In this document: one piece after another, positions 1 through 7,579 of the stretch
How the letters are laid out: every line of letters starts with the position of its first letter
Position numbering within the stretch: position 1 is the first letter of the stretch
DNA from: a virus
Lineage: Duplodnaviria; Caudoviricetes
Strand: one strand, 5' to 3'
Virus record (IMG/VR): IMGVR_UViG_3300044638_004076
Span: 1 to 25,533 of that record
Length of the DNA: 25,533 bases
Notes under the pieces: model-generated
What the model saw: the letters and a program-made list of their open reading frames with translations, nothing else
Database searches by the model: none
What the model was told of the DNA's origin: nothing
Translations under genes and position numbers: made by a program

Positions 1-37
1 GTTTAACTTCGCCGTTGTTTAAATAAATATGCCAACA

Positions 38-55
38 CCCCCCCCCCCCCCCCCC
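38..55. repeat. C18 homopolymer
   Basis: 18 consecutive C near the window edge; the first 30 nt are AT-rich. Confidence 0.9.
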
Positions 56-152
56 TACCAAAGAGCTAGGGACACAGCACCGACCGACGTAGGCCGGCTG
101 CAGGCTCATTTCATGAGCCACCAGTGGTTCAGACTGCTGTACATGCATACAG

Positions 153-368
153 TTATTCAGCCGGGTACAGATCGGGACGCAATTGCTGGCGCGGGACGCC
201 TGTTGCGGCCTCGACGGCCAGCACGCGCATTGGTGGGCATAGGCTCCACCGCGCAACCGCAGGGCGGCTGACGCCAACCAGTTTTGCCAGCGCGGTATAT
301 CCGCCTGCGCTTTTGATGGCGCGCTGAAGCGCCAGTTCTGGGCTTGATTCGTGCATGACTGTGCTCAT
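153..368 (-). CDS. cro: Cro/YdaS-like HTH regulator (71 aa)
   Basis: ALQRAIKSAGGYTALAKLVGVSRPAVARW...RVLAVEAATGVPRQQLRPDLY is the Cro/YdaS pattern (LRPD end). Divergent from cI. ATG at 368 (356 is an alternative). Confidence 0.9.
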   Translation of the reverse strand: MSTVMHESSPELALQRAIKSAGGYTALAKLVGVSRPAVARWSLCPPMRVLAVEAATGVPRQQLRPDLYPAE

Positions 369-374
369 GCCCGT

Positions 375-404
375 ATCGTAACTCAGTGTTACCTGTATGA
401 GCAA
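375..404 (-). promoter_or_regulatory. PR-like promoter for cro
   Basis: Minus strand TTGCTC (404-399), 18 bp spacer, TACGAT (380-375); overlapped by operator sites. Confidence 0.55.
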
Positions 405-438
405 GCGCAAGTTACGCGCGCGGGTAACAAGGGGAATA
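378..438. promoter_or_regulatory. OR-like triple operator
   Basis: GTAAC-tcagt-GTTAC (378-392), GCAAG-cgcaa-GTTAC (401-415), GTAAC-aaggg-GAATA (424-438, degenerate). Starts are exactly 23 bp apart. Confidence 0.75.
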
Positions 439-448
439 CGATTTGCGG

Positions 449-844
449 ATGAGCGATTTCGGTATGCGGTTCAAGCAAGTTCGCAAGACATCCGGCCATT
501 CCCAGGAGGATGTCGCTGCCTTGATGGGCGTATCGAGGGTCGCTGTGTCTCACTACGAATCAGGCCGCAACTTCCCGGCCACAGAGCAACTGATTGCGTT
601 CTGCCGCGAAACAGGCACGTCTTTAGACTGGCTTTTGCTGGGCCGGCAACCAGAAGGCGTTTATGAGCGCCGCATCCATGAACTGCCCGAAGGTCTCAAG
701 CTGTATGTGCTCGAGGCGCTGATCCTGGCCGAGCGGGTATCGCAGTCTTTGCCCGCGCAGTTCCTTGCGCCGCCCACTTCTAAGAACTACGTCGCCTTCA
801 GCGAGTACCTGACAAAGCTGTCAGAGCAGGCCGAAATAAAATAA
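449..844 (+). CDS. cI: CI-like XRE-family HTH repressor (131 aa), no recognisable S24 peptidase domain
   Basis: FGMRFKQVRKTSGHSQEDVAALMGVSRVAVSHYESGRNFP...SLDWLLLG is an XRE HTH. Divergent from cro and flanked by operators on both sides. Confidence 0.88.
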   Translation: MSDFGMRFKQVRKTSGHSQEDVAALMGVSRVAVSHYESGRNFPATEQLIAFCRETGTSLDWLLLGRQPEGVYERRIHELPEGLKLYVLEALILAERVSQSLPAQFLAPPTSKNYVAFSEYLTKLSEQAEIK

Positions 845-847
845 TTC

Positions 848-887
848 GTAACATGGGCTTGCGTACGACGTAACTTCAGATTACTAT
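848..887 (+). promoter_or_regulatory. PL-like promoter with two operators
   Basis: TTGCGT (859-864), 17 bp, TACTAT (882-887). Operators GTAAC-atggg-CTTGC (848-862) and GTAAC-ttcag-ATTAC (870-884). Confidence 0.75.
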
Positions 888-924
888 TCCCTCACACCGC
901 ACTGAACGCGGCATGGAGGGAACG

Positions 925-1233
925 ATGTTTGATCTGAACGCAGCACACCGACGCGCTTACGATGAAGTCTGGGACGCATTGCCGTCCAACGATCCCGTTC
1001 CGGCACTGTTTGCCGCCGGCTACACGGTTGGCGCACAGGAAGACCTGGCGCAGTGGCTCATGGAAGAGGAAGTCTGCACGCCCGCCCAACTGGTGCGCGC
1101 AGTCCAGGCCGGCACTCTGGCCGCCTGGTACCACGAGTTCAGCAACGCCTGGGCTACCCGTCGCGCTTGGCAACTGAAGCGCCTGCACGCACTCGGCGAA
1201 GACATGTCCGATGCAACGGAGGGCTGGCAATGA
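925..1233 (+). CDS. Hypothetical phage early protein
   Basis: GGAGG RBS before ATG 925; first gene after the PL-like promoter; stop overlaps next start (ATGA). Confidence 0.75.
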   Translation: MFDLNAAHRRAYDEVWDALPSNDPVPALFAAGYTVGAQEDLAQWLMEEEVCTPAQLVRAVQAGTLAAWYHEFSNAWATRRAWQLKRLHALGEDMSDATEGWQ

Positions 1234-1442
1234 GCACTCTGACTCTGCACACCAGCGAGCCTGTGACCATCAGCACACAGGACATCCACGGAGGCGTCTG
1301 TGCGCCTTTCCGTGTGCTGAAGGTCTCCGTTGTCTGCAACGACGGTCACCGCATGACTGTCGACATCTGCTGCCCGATTGACTCGACGCCGGACATTGAC
1401 CTGTCTGCGCAGCAAGTCGTGTTGCGCAAGGAGGCGGCATGA
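1230..1442 (+). CDS. Hypothetical protein (70 aa, MSTLTLHTSEP...RKEAA)
   Basis: ATGA coupling at both ends; the KEAA terminus encodes the AAGGAGG RBS of the next gene. Confidence 0.7.
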   Translation: MSTLTLHTSEPVTISTQDIHGGVCAPFRVLKVSVVCNDGHRMTVDICCPIDSTPDIDLSAQQVVLRKEAA

Positions 1443-1591
1443 CTGCACGCCAAATGATTGAGCAGGCGGGCCGTGCGCCCGTGCTGGGCTGGTGCGACCA
1501 GCGCCGCAAGGGTTACCCAGTGAACCTTAAACACACGGACATCCAGCGCACATGGAAGACGGTGCAAAAGCTGACGAAGGAGCGGAAATGA
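1439..1591 (+). CDS. Hypothetical protein (50 aa, MTARQMIEQAGRAPVLGWCDQRRKG...KERK), not in ORF track
   Basis: Read manually; AAGGAGG RBS; ATGA overlaps at both ends fill the gap exactly. Confidence 0.7.
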   Translation: MTARQMIEQAGRAPVLGWCDQRRKGYPVNLKHTDIQRTWKTVQKLTKERK

Positions 1592-1755
1592 GCAACTCGC
1601 ATTCGACGCGATACGGCCAAGGCTGGCGCGACTGCCAGCAACATCGGCGCGAGCTGGATGCCGCCGAGGGCATCGTCAACGCAATGATCTGGGGCGCGGC
1701 TCTGTGGGCAGTGCTGGCTCTGGTTCTTGTGACTCTTTGGGGAGTAATGCTGTGA
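1588..1755 (+). CDS. Small membrane protein (55 aa)
   Basis: AAGGAG RBS; C-terminal hydrophobic helix AMIWGAALWAVLALVLVTLWGVML. Confidence 0.7.
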   Translation: MSNSHSTRYGQGWRDCQQHRRELDAAEGIVNAMIWGAALWAVLALVLVTLWGVML

Positions 1756-2372
1756 AGGTCTATCAAGCAATTGCATCCGTCGCGGCAACGATGGCCGAAT
1801 CCGGCATTGCAAAAGCCCGCAAGAATCAGGCACAGGGCTATTCGTTCCGAGGCATTGACGATGTGTACAACGCGCTTGGCCCAGTGCTGGCTCGAAACGG
1901 ACTGGTTGTGCTGCCGCGAACCCTGAGCCGCGAGTGCATAGAGCGCCAGACGGCAAAAGGTTCGCCGCTGTTTTACGTCACCGTTGAAGTCGAGTTCGAC
2001 TTCGTGTCTGCAGAGGATGGCAGCAAACACACCGTTAAGACATACGGCGAAGCGATGGATTCGGCAGACAAGGCCACCAACAAGGCCATGAGCGCGGCTT
2101 ACAAGTACGCAGCAATGCAGGCGTTTTGCATCCCGACAGAAGGTGACAACGACGCGGACTTGCACACGCACGAAATCGCGCCTAAGCCTGCACAGCGCGC
2201 CAACGAGCAGGAAGCGGCGCTCATCTTGGACAGCCTGCGCGAAGCGGCTGTGGACGGCCTGGAAGCGTTGCAGGCGCGGTTCAAGGCCATCCCCAACTCA
2301 CCCACGAAAACCAGCGTCTGGACGCAGCACCAGGCCGCATTGAAATCAGCCGCAGAGAAGGTGCCAGCATGA
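1752..2372 (+). CDS. erf: ERF-family ssDNA annealing protein
   Basis: GTG start coupled to upstream stop; motifs KNQAQGYSFRGIDDVYNAL and GEAMDSADKATNKAMSAAYKYAAMQAFCIPTEGDND. Confidence 0.9.
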   Translation: MKVYQAIASVAATMAESGIAKARKNQAQGYSFRGIDDVYNALGPVLARNGLVVLPRTLSRECIERQTAKGSPLFYVTVEVEFDFVSAEDGSKHTVKTYGEAMDSADKATNKAMSAAYKYAAMQAFCIPTEGDNDADLHTHEIAPKPAQRANEQEAALILDSLREAAVDGLEALQARFKAIPNSPTKTSVWTQHQAALKSAAEKVPA

Positions 2373-2587
2373 ACACGCAAACCTATCCCAACAAACCGAT
2401 GCGCAGGCGTGGCGATGTCTACCGTAGCGATGCCATTGGCGCGCTGCGCAACCTTGTCGATGTAGTGCGGCGCAGAGATGCCGACTATGTGATGGCGCAC
2501 CAGTGCAAGCCGGCGTCTGACGAAGACTTAGGCCGCGCCATGTGCCGTGCAGAGGATGCCTTGGACGAACTGGATGGGCGGCTGTGA
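2369..2587 (+). CDS. Hypothetical protein (72 aa)
   Basis: ATGA/GTGA coupled between erf and the exonuclease. Confidence 0.7.
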   Translation: MNTQTYPNKPMRRRGDVYRSDAIGALRNLVDVVRRRDADYVMAHQCKPASDEDLGRAMCRAEDALDELDGRL

Positions 2588-3207
2588 ACGACTCCGAGAA
2601 GTCTGCGTTCCTGTCGGCTCGCTGCGGCAAGCTCACGGCCAGCCGCATGCATCAAGCGCTGGACATGACAAGCAAAGGCGCTGAGGGCGCAAAGCGTCGA
2701 GCACTGAAGTACGAAATTCTCGCCGAGCGAATTACCGGAGACGCAGTGCCGCACCACGTCAACGCATTTATGCAATGGGGGCTAGATCAAGAGCCGGCAG
2801 CTAAAGCGGCATTTGAACTTGCAACAGGTCGGCTGATTACGCCGTGCAGGACGATTGATCACCCAGAGATTGATTTTTTCGCTGCAACTCCAGACGGGTT
2901 CCTGCCTGGCGGCGTGATTGAGTTTAAGTGCCCGCAGACGACGACGCATGTGTCGTGGCTGCTTGCAGGCGGGGTGCCCGATCAGCACAAGCCGCAAATC
3001 TTGGCCCAACTCGCTTGCACTGGCCGCGAGCATGCGGTGTTCGTCAGCTATGACCCGCGTGTGCGCGATCCGCGCAGGCAACTGCACATTGCCGAGTGGA
3101 CGCCAAAGCGGGAAGAGGTGGAAGAGATCGAAGAACACGCCCGCAAGTTTCTAGCGGAAGTGCAAAAAATGTTTGACCAGTTGACGCAAACGGATGTTGT
3201 TGCATGA
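2584..3207 (+). CDS. YqaJ/lambda-exonuclease family protein
   Basis: [35 protein letters not shown] and FVSYDPR motifs. Confidence 0.93.
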   Translation: MNDSEKSAFLSARCGKLTASRMHQALDMTSKGAEGAKRRALKYEILAERITGDAVPHHVNAFMQWGLDQEPAAKAAFELATGRLITPCRTIDHPEIDFFAATPDGFLPGGVIEFKCPQTTTHVSWLLAGGVPDQHKPQILAQLACTGREHAVFVSYDPRVRDPRRQLHIAEWTPKREEVEEIEEHARKFLAEVQKMFDQLTQTDVVA

Positions 3208-3740
3208 AGCGTTGCCCAAAATGCGCCACCGGAAAGCCGCTTGACCAGTTCAACAAGAACGTTTCTACGCGCGACGGCCTTTGTGTGTACTGCCGGGATT
3301 GCGTGCGCGTCATCAACGCGGCGTATCTAAAAATACGCGGGAGCGACCCGATCCGGAAACTTACAGGCAAGGACATTCTGACTCGCTTCGAAGCCCAATA
3401 TCAGCCGGAGCCGATGTCCGGTTGCTGGCTTTGGAACCGAGAACACCATTCTTTTGGCTACGGAACGATCAACGCGTTTGGCAAAAAGCAAATGGCGCAC
3501 CGCGTTGCATGGCAAATTTTCAGAGGCCCAATTCCTGATGGGCTGTTTGTTTGCCATCGCTGCGATAACCCTGGGTGCGTCAACCCAGACCATCTGTTTC
3601 TTGGCACTCCGGACGACAACGTTCAAGACATGGTGAGCAAAGGTCGAGGATCAAGCGGTCTGCGTCACGGCAAACGGATTAAGCACGGCATATACGCCGT
3701 GAAAACAGTTACCAACCTCATCAACAAGGAACCAACATGA
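3204..3740 (+). CDS. HNH endonuclease with N-terminal zinc finger
   Basis: N-terminal CPKC...CRDC; GCWLW...GYG...AHRVAW...[28 protein letters not shown]. Confidence 0.92.
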   Translation: MKRCPKCATGKPLDQFNKNVSTRDGLCVYCRDCVRVINAAYLKIRGSDPIRKLTGKDILTRFEAQYQPEPMSGCWLWNREHHSFGYGTINAFGKKQMAHRVAWQIFRGPIPDGLFVCHRCDNPGCVNPDHLFLGTPDDNVQDMVSKGRGSSGLRHGKRIKHGIYAVKTVTNLINKEPT

Positions 3741-4051
3741 CTCAGTACGACGACACCAATCGCGGAATCATCTCCAAGAATCTGCGCAAGGAAACCGAGA
3801 AGCACCCCGACATCAAGGGCCAGATCAACATCGAGGGCGTTGAGTATTGGCTCGATGGCTGGCAGCGGCAAAAGAACGACGGCAGCGGATCGTTCTACTC
3901 GCTGTCAGCAAAGCGCAAAGACGCCCCGGCTGCGGCACCCGCCCCCGCGCAAAAACCTGCACCCAAGCGAGTCAGCAGCGGCTTTGATGACACGGACTCA
4001 GATATTCCGTTTGCCAACCCTCATCGCGGAAAGTATTCGTATGTCTTCTAA
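3737..4051 (+). CDS. Putative phage ssDNA-binding protein
   Basis: Small beta-rich domain ([20 protein letters not shown]), Pro/Ala linker, acidic [10 protein letters not shown] motif; AAGGA RBS; lies in the recombination module. Confidence 0.7.
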   Translation: MTQYDDTNRGIISKNLRKETEKHPDIKGQINIEGVEYWLDGWQRQKNDGSGSFYSLSAKRKDAPAAAPAPAQKPAPKRVSSGFDDTDSDIPFANPHRGKYSYVF

Positions 4052-4526
4052 GCAATGCTTTGTCTGTCTTTTTGAAAAGCCTACGGATGAATTTTATCCG
4101 CACAGCAAAATGAAAGACGGGCGATTGAACAAATGCAAGGAATGCACGAAGGCTGCGGTAATCGCAAATCGTAACGCAAAGATTGAGTACTACCGAGCTT
4201 TTGACAGGATACGAAGCAACTTGCCGCACCGAGTTAATTCTAGGGCGGCCTACCGCATGACAGACGAATATCGCATTTCGCACGCAATTTCCGTAAAGAA
4301 TTGGGGGGTTGCAAACGCAATCAGAAAAAAAGCGGCCACTGCAGTCAGCAATGCATTACGAGACGGACGGCTTGATAGGCAACCGTGTTTTGTGTGCGGC
4401 AACGAGGCCCAGGCGCACCACCCTGACTATAGCGCTCCTCTTGCGGTTTCATGGTTGTGCAGTACGCACCACGCACAGACGCACAAGGAGCACAGAGAGC
4501 GCATGCGGACTGCGGAGACGGTGTGA
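4041..4526 (+). CDS. Zinc-finger / HNH-like nuclease domain protein
   Basis: N-terminal CFVC...DGRLNKCKEC; C-terminal CFVCG...AHHPDYSAPLAVSWLCSTHHAQTH. Confidence 0.8.
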   Translation: MSSKQCFVCLFEKPTDEFYPHSKMKDGRLNKCKECTKAAVIANRNAKIEYYRAFDRIRSNLPHRVNSRAAYRMTDEYRISHAISVKNWGVANAIRKKAATAVSNALRDGRLDRQPCFVCGNEAQAHHPDYSAPLAVSWLCSTHHAQTHKEHRERMRTAETV

Positions 4527-5018
4527 ATGGAGCTACGCATGGCGTTAACCGACTCTGAGGCAAGCATGGCAGGCATGACAGTCACACACAATTCCGAGCG
4601 CCTCTTGGAGCGCATAGCCGACATCGAACAGCGTTACCCGCGCGCTGCGCATAGACCGCTGCGTGACCTGCTGGAAGCCTTGGCAACGCACTGCAACGCC
4701 GGGGTGGAGCGACCAGCTTGTCCGACCGTTATCGAGCGAATTTCAGAGCTAATTAACAAGCATGGGCCGCTCTCTTACCGAGAGTTGCACCAGCACATTG
4801 GCGGGCCGCCGGCAACCATCCACACCGCGTTGCGGCTTGCGCTAAAGGCCGGTGAGTTGGATGCGTATCACCCACTCAACGAGCACGGCACGCCGCACAA
4901 GTCCTACGTCTACATCACTCCTGGTTGGCGGGAATCGAACCAAGTTCAAAACGCAGTCAACACGCGCAGGCCGGACGTTGCGTCAGCGTGGTTGAGCAAC
5001 CCGGTGCTGGCAGCGTGA
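4527..5018 (+). CDS. Hypothetical protein with possible winged-helix domain
   Basis: GPLSYRELHQHIGGPPATIHTALRLALKAGELD resembles a wHTH; start uncertain (several Met). Confidence 0.6.
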   Translation: MELRMALTDSEASMAGMTVTHNSERLLERIADIEQRYPRAAHRPLRDLLEALATHCNAGVERPACPTVIERISELINKHGPLSYRELHQHIGGPPATIHTALRLALKAGELDAYHPLNEHGTPHKSYVYITPGWRESNQVQNAVNTRRPDVASAWLSNPVLAA

Positions 5019-5197
5019 AAACGAAGAATAAAGACAAGGAGCTGTGCATTGACGCCGTTCTTGCAGCCCTTAGCGGCAAGAACCCGCGCGCGCTGTTCCT
5101 GCTTGGCGCGATGGCGATCTGGCTGCATCGGCAGGACGTTGCGATGGCGAATCTGTACCTGCAGGAATTGGTGAGGCACCTAGATGGAAAAGCCTGA
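5015..5197 (+). CDS. Hypothetical protein (60 aa)
   Basis: GTGA coupling to upstream gene; helical sequence. Confidence 0.6.
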   Translation: MKTKNKDKELCIDAVLAALSGKNPRALFLLGAMAIWLHRQDVAMANLYLQELVRHLDGKA

Positions 5198-5357
5198 CGA
5201 CGCGCAGAAATTATCCGAGCAGAATAATTCGCCTAAATTACTTACGCACGCAGACGGCTGCTGGTCGTGGGGGCCAGCGCACTACGCATGCGCGTGCGCA
5301 GAGATAGCCAAGCTTCGCGGCTGGCATGCCCAAAGTGGGCAGGATCAAGCCCGGTGA
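5184..5357 (+). CDS. Hypothetical protein (57 aa, ...THADGCWSWGPAHYACACAEIAKLRG...), not in ORF track
   Basis: Read manually; GAGG upstream; His/Cys cluster; stop overlaps next GTG. Confidence 0.6.
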   Translation: MEKPDDAQKLSEQNNSPKLLTHADGCWSWGPAHYACACAEIAKLRGWHAQSGQDQAR

Positions 5358-5548
5358 GCGAGAACACGTTGATGCCAGCCAAGTCTGGAGAAGCGTACTG
5401 GCGCGATCCCGAGCAAGAGCGGCCACCGCGCGGCGTGAAGCTGCTCATTCTCACCGATGGCGGCGTCGCAGTTATTGGCGACTGGCTGGACGACAGCAAC
5501 TTCGTGGCGTGGTCGCCTTTGCCGAAGCGCCCGGGGAGCGCGCGATGA
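5354..5548 (+). CDS. DUF551/Eaa-like small protein
   Basis: W...ERPPRGVKLLILTDGG...VAWSPLPKRP pattern. Confidence 0.7.
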   Translation: MSENTLMPAKSGEAYWRDPEQERPPRGVKLLILTDGGVAVIGDWLDDSNFVAWSPLPKRPGSAR

Positions 5549-5760
5549 TTCTGAGCATGGAAGAGTTGCAAACGCTAACGGGGCGCAAGATGAACAGCGC
5601 ACAGGCTAGAGAATTGCGTGCCCTGGGCGTGCCGTTTCGCAGGCGCACAGACGGATCAATAGTCGTCTTTAGGAGGGATGTAGAACATGCGCCCGAGAAA
5701 ACTGCAGCGCCATCTCCCCGCCTGCGTCTACCTGAAACACGGGGCGTATTGGTACGTTAA
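5545..5760 (+). CDS. Excisionase-like protein (DUF4224-type)
   Basis: ILSMEELQTLTGRK..AQARELRALGVPFRRRTDGSIVV; overlaps the integrase start. Confidence 0.8.
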   Translation: MILSMEELQTLTGRKMNSAQARELRALGVPFRRRTDGSIVVFRRDVEHAPEKTAAPSPRLRLPETRGVLVR

Positions 5761-6646
5761 GAAAGGCAAGTGGCTGCGGCTAGGCACTGACCTCGATCAG
5801 TCGCTTGCAGAGTACGCACGCCTGCAGCAGCAAAAGCTAGGCGGCATGCCCGCATTGATTCAAGAGGCGCTGCCGACTATTTTGCGCGGCAAGGCCAAGG
5901 AAACGATCAAGCAATACACTTTTTGCGCAGTCAAGCTGCAAGACATCTTTGCAGACTTCGCTCCACACCAAGTGACGCCGCGGGATGTAGCGCAAATGCG
6001 CAGGGCGTTTGTAGCCACGCCGGCGGTGGCGAACAGGCTGATTACCGTCTTAAGGTTGATTTTCAACTACGGACTGGAAGAGCAGCTTGTCGAATCAAAC
6101 CCCTGTATTGCAATCAAACGGATTAAGCAAGAGGCGCGCACCAGGCGAATTACTCAACCCGAGTTTGACGCTATACGCGAGCAAGCTAAGCCGTTGCTGC
6201 GCGTGGTGATGGACTTGTGTTACGCGACCGGGCAGCGCATCGGTGATGTGCTGAAAATTGGACGCGACGACATCAGCGAGGAAGGGATTTTTGTTCAGCA
6301 GCAAAAGACGAAAAGCAGGCTGCTGCTGTCTTGGACGCCCGAGCTTCGCAATGCGGTGGCCGACGCCAGGGCGCTGCACCGGAATGTAGTGCACATCTAT
6401 TTGTTGGGCGCAAAGCCGCCGGCCTATCACATGATTCACAAGCAGTGGACAGTGGCTTGCGAGAAGGCTGGAGTGCTGGACGCCAACCTGCACGATCTGC
6501 GAGCGATGAGCGGAACCGACGCCGACGCCCAGGGCATTGATGCGCAAAAACTGCTTGGCCATGCGGACGCCAAAGTGACCAGGCGTTACCTGCGGGACAA
6601 GGTTGTGCCCGTCGTCATCGGCCCCAGCAAGACCGCAAAACGCTGA
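5687..6646 (+). CDS. int: Tyrosine recombinase / phage integrase
   Basis: Catalytic R (TGQRIGD), K (QQKT), HDLR, LLGH, Y (TRRY); N-terminal arm-binding domain. Confidence 0.96.
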   Translation: MRPRKLQRHLPACVYLKHGAYWYVKKGKWLRLGTDLDQSLAEYARLQQQKLGGMPALIQEALPTILRGKAKETIKQYTFCAVKLQDIFADFAPHQVTPRDVAQMRRAFVATPAVANRLITVLRLIFNYGLEEQLVESNPCIAIKRIKQEARTRRITQPEFDAIREQAKPLLRVVMDLCYATGQRIGDVLKIGRDDISEEGIFVQQQKTKSRLLLSWTPELRNAVADARALHRNVVHIYLLGAKPPAYHMIHKQWTVACEKAGVLDANLHDLRAMSGTDADAQGIDAQKLLGHADAKVTRRYLRDKVVPVVIGPSKTAKR

Positions 6647-6647
6647 A

Positions 6648-6865
6648 AGTATTAGACAGCTTTTGGATTTGTTAGACAACGACGCCTAAAGACCCGCATG
6701 GATAGCCGATCTACGTCTTGGTAAGGTACTCGGTCATTCGCTACAAAATCGCCCGCTAGGCCGCACACAGAGCCGATCTAGCGCTCGCGGTGTCTAAGAA
6801 ACGAGGCAAGCTTGGCTGTAGCGAAACTCGGTGAAAACCGAGGCGTTTTTGCGAGTATTAGACAG
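6648..6865. other. Putative attP region
   Basis: Noncoding DNA right after int with TTAGACA arm-type repeats at 6652, 6672, 6791 (inverted) and 6858. AGTATTAGACAG is exactly repeated (6648-6659, 6854-6865); AGCCGATCTA is repeated (6704, 6771). Confidence 0.7.
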
Positions 6866-6900
6866 GCTTGAGCGCCCGAAAACTTTTTTGCCTACCCCCC

Positions 6901-6929
6901 TTGACTGGTTACTAGTAACCATCTAATAT
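6901..6929 (+). promoter_or_regulatory. Near-consensus sigma70 promoter with palindromic operator
   Basis: TTGACT (6901-6906), 17 bp, TAATAT (6924-6929); perfect 16-bp palindrome TGGTTACTAGTAACCA (6906-6921); A/T tract upstream. Confidence 0.8.
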
Positions 6930-6974
6930 TGACTCATGCGCTGCACGACGCAGCGCGCCAACCAGGAGAGAAAC

Positions 6975-7202
6975 ATGGGAAAACTCAAGATCACCGCCGC
7001 AGAAGTCGCAATTATTTTTGCGCGGCACGGTATTCGCGGTCTGGCCGATTCGTACTTCGAGGAATGGGCGGCTGACGCGAATTATTGGTCGAGCAAATAC
7101 GCCGATTTGACCGCCATGGCGCACATTGAATTCCACGCCAAACAGGAAGCCAGCATCTACCTGGCCGAATCCAAAGCTGCAGCGCGCGAATCAAATTACT
7201 AA
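6975..7202 (+). CDS. Hypothetical protein (75 aa)
   Basis: AGGAG RBS before ATG 6975; first gene after the promoter. Confidence 0.75.
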   Translation: MGKLKITAAEVAIIFARHGIRGLADSYFEEWAADANYWSSKYADLTAMAHIEFHAKQEASIYLAESKAAARESNY

Positions 7203-7209
7203 CCAACCC

Positions 7210-7227
7210 GCCCGGCTCCGGCCGGGC
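7210..7227. other. Intergenic GC hairpin without U-tract
   Basis: GCCCGGC-tccg-GCCGGGC. Confidence 0.5.
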
Positions 7228-7252
7228 TAACTTGAACCTGGGAAATCTGAAC

Positions 7253-7579
7253 ATGAACGCACACACACCCGCCCCTTGGGCCACCCAAACCTATAATCCC
7301 GGCCACGACGCCGACGGCGATGCGTTTGAGTCGCAGCATCGGATTGTTGCCTTTCACTGCGAAGTTGCAACCGGCATTCAATGCAGCGCCGACTCCAGGC
7401 TAATCGCCGCCGCGCCCGATTTACTTGCTGCTTTGCTTCAAATTGCAGCGTTAGCCGAATACAACACAACCGGCCCAGGGAAATGCAAAAGCGAAAAACT
7501 GACTGCAGAACAGGCCACAAGTTTGAGAAAAAGCATATCGGACATCGCTCGCGCAGCCATTGCCAAGACTACTGAATGA
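7253..7579 (+). CDS. Phage protein of the 'HTPGPW...RLIAAAPDLL' type
   Basis: HTPAPW at the N-terminus and SRLIAAAPDLLAAL...ARAAIAK. Confidence 0.8.
   Translation: MNAHTPAPWATQTYNPGHDADGDAFESQHRIVAFHCEVATGIQCSADSRLIAAAPDLLAALLQIAALAEYNTTGPGKCKSEKLTAEQATSLRKSISDIARAAIAKTTE

Noticed and set aside
29-271. Poly-proline ORF on +
   Set aside because: The proline run comes from the C18 tract and the ORF is antisense to cro.
153-368. YdaS-like gene as a toxin-antitoxin antitoxin
   Set aside because: The divergent arrangement with cI and shared operators indicates Cro.
1527-2171. 214-aa minus-strand ORF
   Set aside because: Shadow of erf and upstream genes; no motif.
6690-6850. tRNA or structured ncRNA after int
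   Set aside because: No D-arm, T-loop or CCA acceptor stem can be built; the repeats fit an att site better.
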